From an uncultured virus (IMG/VR IMGVR_UViG_3300020048_000013) (lineage: Duplodnaviria > Heunggongvirae > Uroviricota > Caudoviricetes), in the IMG/VR virus record IMGVR_UViG_3300020048_000013: a stretch of DNA of 20,000 nt; one strand, given 5' to 3'. Each line of letters begins with the position of its first letter. Within the stretch, counting starts at the first letter, position 1. This document shows, piece after piece, positions 16,560 through 20,000 of this stretch. A program made the position numbers and the translations under genes. A model generated the notes under the pieces. The model made no database searches. It saw only the letters and a program-made list of their open reading frames with translations, and was not told the origin of the DNA.

Positions 16560-16918
16560 TTTATCACATGCTCCCTTTTGTTTAATTCATCTTTAACCAA
16601 TTTCATTAACTCCACGAAGAATAGGTCATCTACTGAATGATAATCATAATCCGACTCTGAATTACATCTGAAATATGAACCTCTTTTGGCTTTGTAAAAA
16701 GTCAATAATCGTTTGGTGTTCAGCTTTTGATAACCATGTTCAAACTGTTGTTTTGCTCTATTTTCAGCTTCTATAACAGATTTCAAATATGATTTTTCCT
16801 CAACCAAATCCTTTTTTAACTGCTCAATCATTTTATTGAGGTTTTTTTGTGCATCTAACAAATCTTTTAATTCTTTGGTCTTTCTTGCTATTGTTAATTG
16901 TGTATTCTCTTTATCCAT
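16556..16918 (-). CDS. Hypothetical coiled-coil protein
   Basis: Start re-assigned to MDKENTQ (GGAGAGA RBS). Confidence 0.6.
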   Translation of the reverse strand: MDKENTQLTIARKTKELKDLLDAQKNLNKMIEQLKKDLVEEKSYLKSVIEAENRAKQQFEHGYQKLNTKRLLTFYKAKRGSYFRCNSESDYDYHSVDDLFFVELMKLVKDELNKREHVIK

Positions 16919-16928
16919 TTTTCTCTCC

Positions 16929-17555
16929 TTATAATACCATTTTTTCGATTTCTTCACGAACTCTTTCGGCAATTGTATTAACATATGCGCAAGTGAACAT
17001 TGTTCTTACTGCTTTCAAATCTTTTTTAGCAGGAGCAAATCCTTTACCAATAAAACGATAAAATCTAAAAATGCGCAAATAATCTTCCTGAATTCTATCC
17101 TCTGCTTTCCCTACAAATCTTAGAGTTTTTGTTTTAATATCATCTAACCCTTTTCCTGTCGGATCAACAAATTCCCCATTATCAAGTTTATAATAGATAG
17201 CGTTGATAGTAAAATCCCTTCTCTGAGCATCTTCAAAAATTGTTCCCACAGATACCGAATCGGGTCTCCTGCCATCAGAAGTTTTGGCATCGGATCTAAA
17301 ATTAGCAATTTCATATTGAACTCCATCTTTTGCAATATTCAATACCAGGAAGTTTTCTCCTGTTCTACTCACAGCCCATCCTGCTGTTGTAAATATCTCA
17401 TCAAGTTTATCATAGGGAATATCAGTAACGAAATCATAATCTTTCGGTATTTTACCAATTAGACTATCTCTAACACAACCACCAACAAGATAACTCTCTG
17501 TCGAATATGTAGTAAGTATCATTCTTATTTGTAGTAATTGTTGTTCTAGTTTCAT
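16929..17555 (-). CDS. Short class II tRNA nucleotidyltransferase (CCA-adding enzyme / poly(A) polymerase head and neck)
   Basis: YLVGGCVRD, DYDF, EIANFRSD...GRRP, DAQRRDFTINA, RFVG, and the templating motif EDYLRIFR. Confidence 0.85.
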   Translation of the reverse strand: MKLEQQLLQIRMILTTYSTESYLVGGCVRDSLIGKIPKDYDFVTDIPYDKLDEIFTTAGWAVSRTGENFLVLNIAKDGVQYEIANFRSDAKTSDGRRPDSVSVGTIFEDAQRRDFTINAIYYKLDNGEFVDPTGKGLDDIKTKTLRFVGKAEDRIQEDYLRIFRFYRFIGKGFAPAKKDLKAVRTMFTCAYVNTIAERVREEIEKMVL

Positions 17556-17564
17556 CTTCTCTCC

Positions 17565-17738
17565 TTATTTAACTAAATAATCTACCAAATAACCAAACGC
17601 AAACGTCACCTCAGTGAATGAAATCACTTGCCAAATCATCCAAAAGAAATAAATAATAAATTTATCCCGAACATATGCATCATATGCTTCATCTAATCGC
17701 AACCCAAATAAAGGAACCCAAAGTTTCCAGTTTTTCAT
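17565..17738 (-). CDS. Small membrane protein (not in the ORF track)
   Basis: MKNWKLWVPLFGLRLDEAYDAYVRDKFIIYFFWMIWQVISFTEVTFAFGYLVDYLVK*, with ATGA overlap. Confidence 0.55.
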   Translation of the reverse strand: MKNWKLWVPLFGLRLDEAYDAYVRDKFIIYFFWMIWQVISFTEVTFAFGYLVDYLVK

Positions 17739-17944
17739 TTTTTCACCTTTATTTCTATAATTTCCATTATCTTTTGCATATTTTTACCGCTATACTTTTT
17801 TATAACTATTTTTAAGTTATCTCCAGGCATAACAAAAACAGGATAATCTTCATAATCAAAAGTATCACAAACCACGATTAAGTGCGTAGCCCCATTTTTT
17901 CTCCCTCTTTCTACCCATTGATTTACTTCGTTTTGTGTAGTCAT
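17735..17944 (-). CDS. Small phage-type hypothetical protein
   Basis: MTTQNEVNQW...GATHLIVVCDTFDYEDYPVFVMPG. Start re-assigned to the ATG after AAGGA. Confidence 0.65.
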   Translation of the reverse strand: MTTQNEVNQWVERGRKNGATHLIVVCDTFDYEDYPVFVMPGDNLKIVIKKYSGKNMQKIMEIIEIKVKK

Positions 17945-17957
17945 TTTTCTATCCTTT

Positions 17958-18476
17958 TTAAATTCCAAAATGTTCGTTTAATTTTTCTTTAAAAAATTCT
18001 TTTGATACTAAATCAACTTCACTATTTTCAAAAGTTCTCTTTAAATCTTCGGCAGATTTATTCAATGTATATAATATCGGATATGGAAATCTCGCACCAA
18101 TCCCGACTTTATTCAACACCTGTTCTATTAATCTATCATTACTCAATAAACTTTCACGAGAGTCTTTTGGTATGATTATTGTTACTTTATATCCGCCTTC
18201 ACACCTATTTCTATAATCAAGATCACAATTTTTAACAACTTTAATATATTGTTTATTAGAACATCCAAATTTGGATTCCAAAGACCAATATCCTTCAAAA
18301 TTTACAACATCTCGAAAGGTTCTCTGTAAATTTTTAGTAGCTTTTTCTAATTCTATTTGTTTTTTTAAATATTCGTCTTTAGCAATTTTTAAAGCTTCTG
18401 CTTGATTAACTACTATTTCTTCTCGAATTTCTTCTCGAATTTCTTCGGGTTTTTCGGTTCTCCAAAATTTTAACAT
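17958..18476 (-). CDS. Hypothetical protein
   Basis: 172 aa, GGAGG RBS. Confidence 0.65.
   Translation of the reverse strand: MLKFWRTEKPEEIREEIREEIVVNQAEALKIAKDEYLKKQIELEKATKNLQRTFRDVVNFEGYWSLESKFGCSNKQYIKVVKNCDLDYRNRCEGGYKVTIIIPKDSRESLLSNDRLIEQVLNKVGIGARFPYPILYTLNKSAEDLKRTFENSEVDLVSKEFFKEKLNEHFGI
18415..18446. repeat. 12-nt in-frame tandem repeat (about 2.7 copies, encoding EEIR)
   Basis: ATTTCTTCTCGA x2 plus ATTTCTTC. Confidence 0.8.
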
Positions 18477-18620
18477 TTATCCCTCCAATTTATCATTTAG
18501 TGTAGTTATTAATGCATTTAAATAATATGGAACATAAACCAAAAATCTAACTATCGCAGTCACCAACACAATCGGACTAAGTACAACAGCCCACCCAAAT
18601 TGCATATTACTTATTTTCAT
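18477..18620 (-). CDS. Small TM protein (not in the ORF track)
   Basis: GGAGAGA RBS, then MKISNMQFGWAVVLSPIVLVTAIVRFLVYVPYYLNALITTLNDKLEG*. The stop abuts the next ATG. Confidence 0.55.
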   Translation of the reverse strand: MKISNMQFGWAVVLSPIVLVTAIVRFLVYVPYYLNALITTLNDKLEG

Positions 18621-18870
18621 TTTCTCTCCTTTTTAAAATTAATTCAATTTCTTCAAGTTTAGATTCGTCTGTGGTCGATATTCTATTGATAATATCATAT
18701 CTTCTTTGTGTCATTCCCCATCCACTGCTACAATCGTAATCTATAGAATGTAACATTTTTTCGTATGCTCGTTGAACCGCATTCCTCAGAGGACTATCGG
18801 CACCCATTGGCAATTTATCTCTTGTGGTAGGTCCTATTACACACATCCAATATTCTCTTTCGTTATTCAT
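18607..18870 (-). CDS. Hypothetical protein
   Basis: 87 aa, GGAGAGA RBS. Confidence 0.65.
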   Translation of the reverse strand: MNNEREYWMCVIGPTTRDKLPMGADSPLRNAVQRAYEKMLHSIDYDCSSGWGMTQRRYDIINRISTTDESKLEEIELILKRRENENK

Positions 18871-19096
18871 TTTTATCTCTCCATTTTTTACAATTTTTCA
18901 TCCATCCCATAAATAAATCCGTAACATTTTTATTACATTTACTAATACCTTTACCAACACATGGTTTTAAATGTTTGCATGTAAGACATCCTTTATTCAA
19001 TGCATTAAATCCACAGTGTTTTTCGTGTTCTATAATTTCTTTTTCGCTACCACATTCATCACAATTTGAACATTGAAAATAATCAACTTTTCTCAT
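18863..19096 (-). CDS. Small Cys/His-rich zinc-finger-like protein
   Basis: YFQCSNC...EHEKHC...CLTCKH...C...C. Confidence 0.6.
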   Translation of the reverse strand: MRKVDYFQCSNCDECGSEKEIIEHEKHCGFNALNKGCLTCKHLKPCVGKGISKCNKNVTDLFMGWMKNCKKWRDKNE

Positions 19097-19105
19097 TTTT
19101 CTCTC

Positions 19106-19408
19106 CTATTTATACAAAATCATAGTTATTAAATATAAAGCAAAAGAAATCCAAAATACAATGTAAATGTCTCTTTTTTTAATACCAAAAAAGGTATACA
19201 TGTCTGTTTCTAAAATTCCGTCTTCAACTTCCTTTTGCTTTTCCTTATAATTGGGACATTCGCCATTCTTGTTATCAGAGTATTCACCATGAACTATATT
19301 TTCTTTTACTCCATTGTATGGATTTATATTATAATTTTTCCACCCACAGTATATGAATTTTCTATCTCTATTAAACTCACACTTATCACAAAACACTTTT
19401 TCTTTCAT
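19106..19408 (-). CDS. Cys-rich (Zn-finger-like) protein with C-terminal TM; paralog of 15907..16218
   Basis: KVFCDKC...C...NPYNG...NKNGECPNY plus hydrophobic tail. Confidence 0.6.
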   Translation of the reverse strand: MKEKVFCDKCEFNRDRKFIYCGWKNYNINPYNGVKENIVHGEYSDNKNGECPNYKEKQKEVEDGILETDMYTFFGIKKRDIYIVFWISFALYLITMILYK

Positions 19409-19417
19409 TTTTCTCTC

Positions 19418-19630
19418 CTATATTATTTCAAAATCTCCAATCTTGCACTCGAAACTCGTATTCCATTCTTCACTGTAAATGATATAATCTGTTTTAACTT
19501 TCCCTGTTCTTTTTGATGAAGTTGTTAATATATCAAAAACTACACCTTCCGCTTGAACATAACTATACAATTGCTCTTTATACCTCGGAGAATCTTTTCT
19601 TATTTTTACTTTAGTTCCAATTTCTATCAT
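19418..19630 (-). CDS. Small KOW/SH3-like hypothetical protein
   Basis: MIEIGTKVKIRKDS...GVV...DFEII. Confidence 0.55.
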   Translation of the reverse strand: MIEIGTKVKIRKDSPRYKEQLYSYVQAEGVVFDILTTSSKRTGKVKTDYIIYSEEWNTSFECKIGDFEII

Positions 19631-19848
19631 TTTTTCTCTCCTCCGTTAATCCATCTCCCAAGTTTCAATTCACACCAATCATGCCATTCATCCTTTTCAT
19701 CTTTATAACCATTAAAAGTCACACAGATCTGACTATCGTTTCCATAATAACCACATTGGACTTCTTCAATTTCGAGTTCTGCACTGTATTTTTTCAACAG
19801 TTCTTTCAACTCTTTTTCAAACTCTTTTTTTCTATCTTCCGCAGTCAT
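19627..19848 (-). CDS. Hypothetical protein
   Basis: 73 aa, GGAGAGA RBS, directly downstream of a promoter. Confidence 0.65.
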   Translation of the reverse strand: MTAEDRKKEFEKELKELLKKYSAELEIEEVQCGYYGNDSQICVTFNGYKDEKDEWHDWCELKLGRWINGGEKK

Positions 19849-19877
19849 TCCGTCTCTCCTTTTTAAATTCTAATGGT

Positions 19878-19906
19878 AATATAAACAAAAAAAGTTCTCA
19901 TGTCAA
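19878..19906 (-). promoter_or_regulatory. sigma70-type promoter embedded in a terminator hairpin
   Basis: TTGACA (19906-19901), 17 nt, TATATT (19883-19878). Confidence 0.75.
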
Positions 19907-19913
19907 GAACTTT
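19887..19913 (-). terminator. Intrinsic terminator after the tRNA-Ser
   Basis: AAAGTTCT-TGACATG-AGAACTTT followed by TTTT. Confidence 0.65.
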
Positions 19914-19925
19914 CTTTATTTTTAG

Positions 19926-20000
19926 CGGAAGGTGGGAGATTCGAACTCGACCAAGGCTTTTTACACCCGACAGTTTTCAGGACTGCTTTCCATACCCATT
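19926..20000 (-). tRNA. tRNA-Ser(UGA), 5' end outside the window; atypical C33 and weak T-stem; no encoded CCA
   Basis: Anticodon arm GCAGU-CCUGAAA-ACUGU, long variable arm, T-loop UUCGAAU, 3' acceptor ACCUUCC with discriminator G. Confidence 0.7.

Noticed and set aside
18415..18446. EEIR tandem repeat as a functional element
   Set aside because: A short in-frame duplication in a low-complexity N-terminus, with no sign of phase variation or function.
912..19630. Genome-wide stop-codon reassignment (TGA to Trp/Gly, or TAG to Gln)
   Set aside because: Coding density is already high in the standard code, many genes end in TGA overlapping the next ATG, and long genes have no internal stops. Only one internal TGA and one internal TAA were seen.
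303..19866. All plus-strand ORFs in the track, and the nested minus-strand ORF 17144..17335
   Set aside because: They are antisense or out-of-frame shadows of better-supported minus-strand genes, with no convincing RBS and no recognisable motifs.
19970..19986. tRNA-Sec or opal suppressor (tca visible on the plus strand)
   Set aside because: The cloverleaf is on the minus strand, where the anticodon is UGA (Ser), not UCA. It cannot explain the TGA at 5053.

Overview
AT-rich, gene-dense 20-kb segment with essentially all real genes on the minus strand. It is most consistent with a large (jumbo-type) bacteriophage genome (inference): many short hypothetical ORFs joined by ATGA/TAAATG overlaps, a stereotyped GGAGAGA ribosome-binding site, and sigma70-type promoters. 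Recognisable genes are a SleB-like cell-wall hydrolase, an SPFH/band-7 protein, an HTH-metallophosphoesterase, a HAD 5'(3')-deoxyribonucleotidase, a short class II CCA/poly(A)-type nucleotidyltransferase, a DUF2828-type (Ro60/TROVE-related, vWA) protein and tRNAs. Two 10-N scaffold gaps artificially split two genes. Main observations: (1) three prepilin-like genes resembling the PilV/PilW/PilX (GspI/J/K) minor-pilin set lie in canonical order but are interspersed with phage-like ORFs. (2) One promoter drives a tRNA(UAU)-like RNA with a 45-nt insert, then a 52-nt hairpin with a tRNA-Lys(UUU)-like anticodon loop, then the Ro-like gene. The two RNAs share an 18/19-nt motif in circularly permuted structural contexts, suggesting a Y-RNA-like ribonucleoprotein system. 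(3) An in-frame TGA is followed by a SECIS-like hairpin and 92 more open codons. (4) Two terminator hairpins carry the -35 box of the next promoter in their loops. Family assignments are by motif recognition only; no searches were run.
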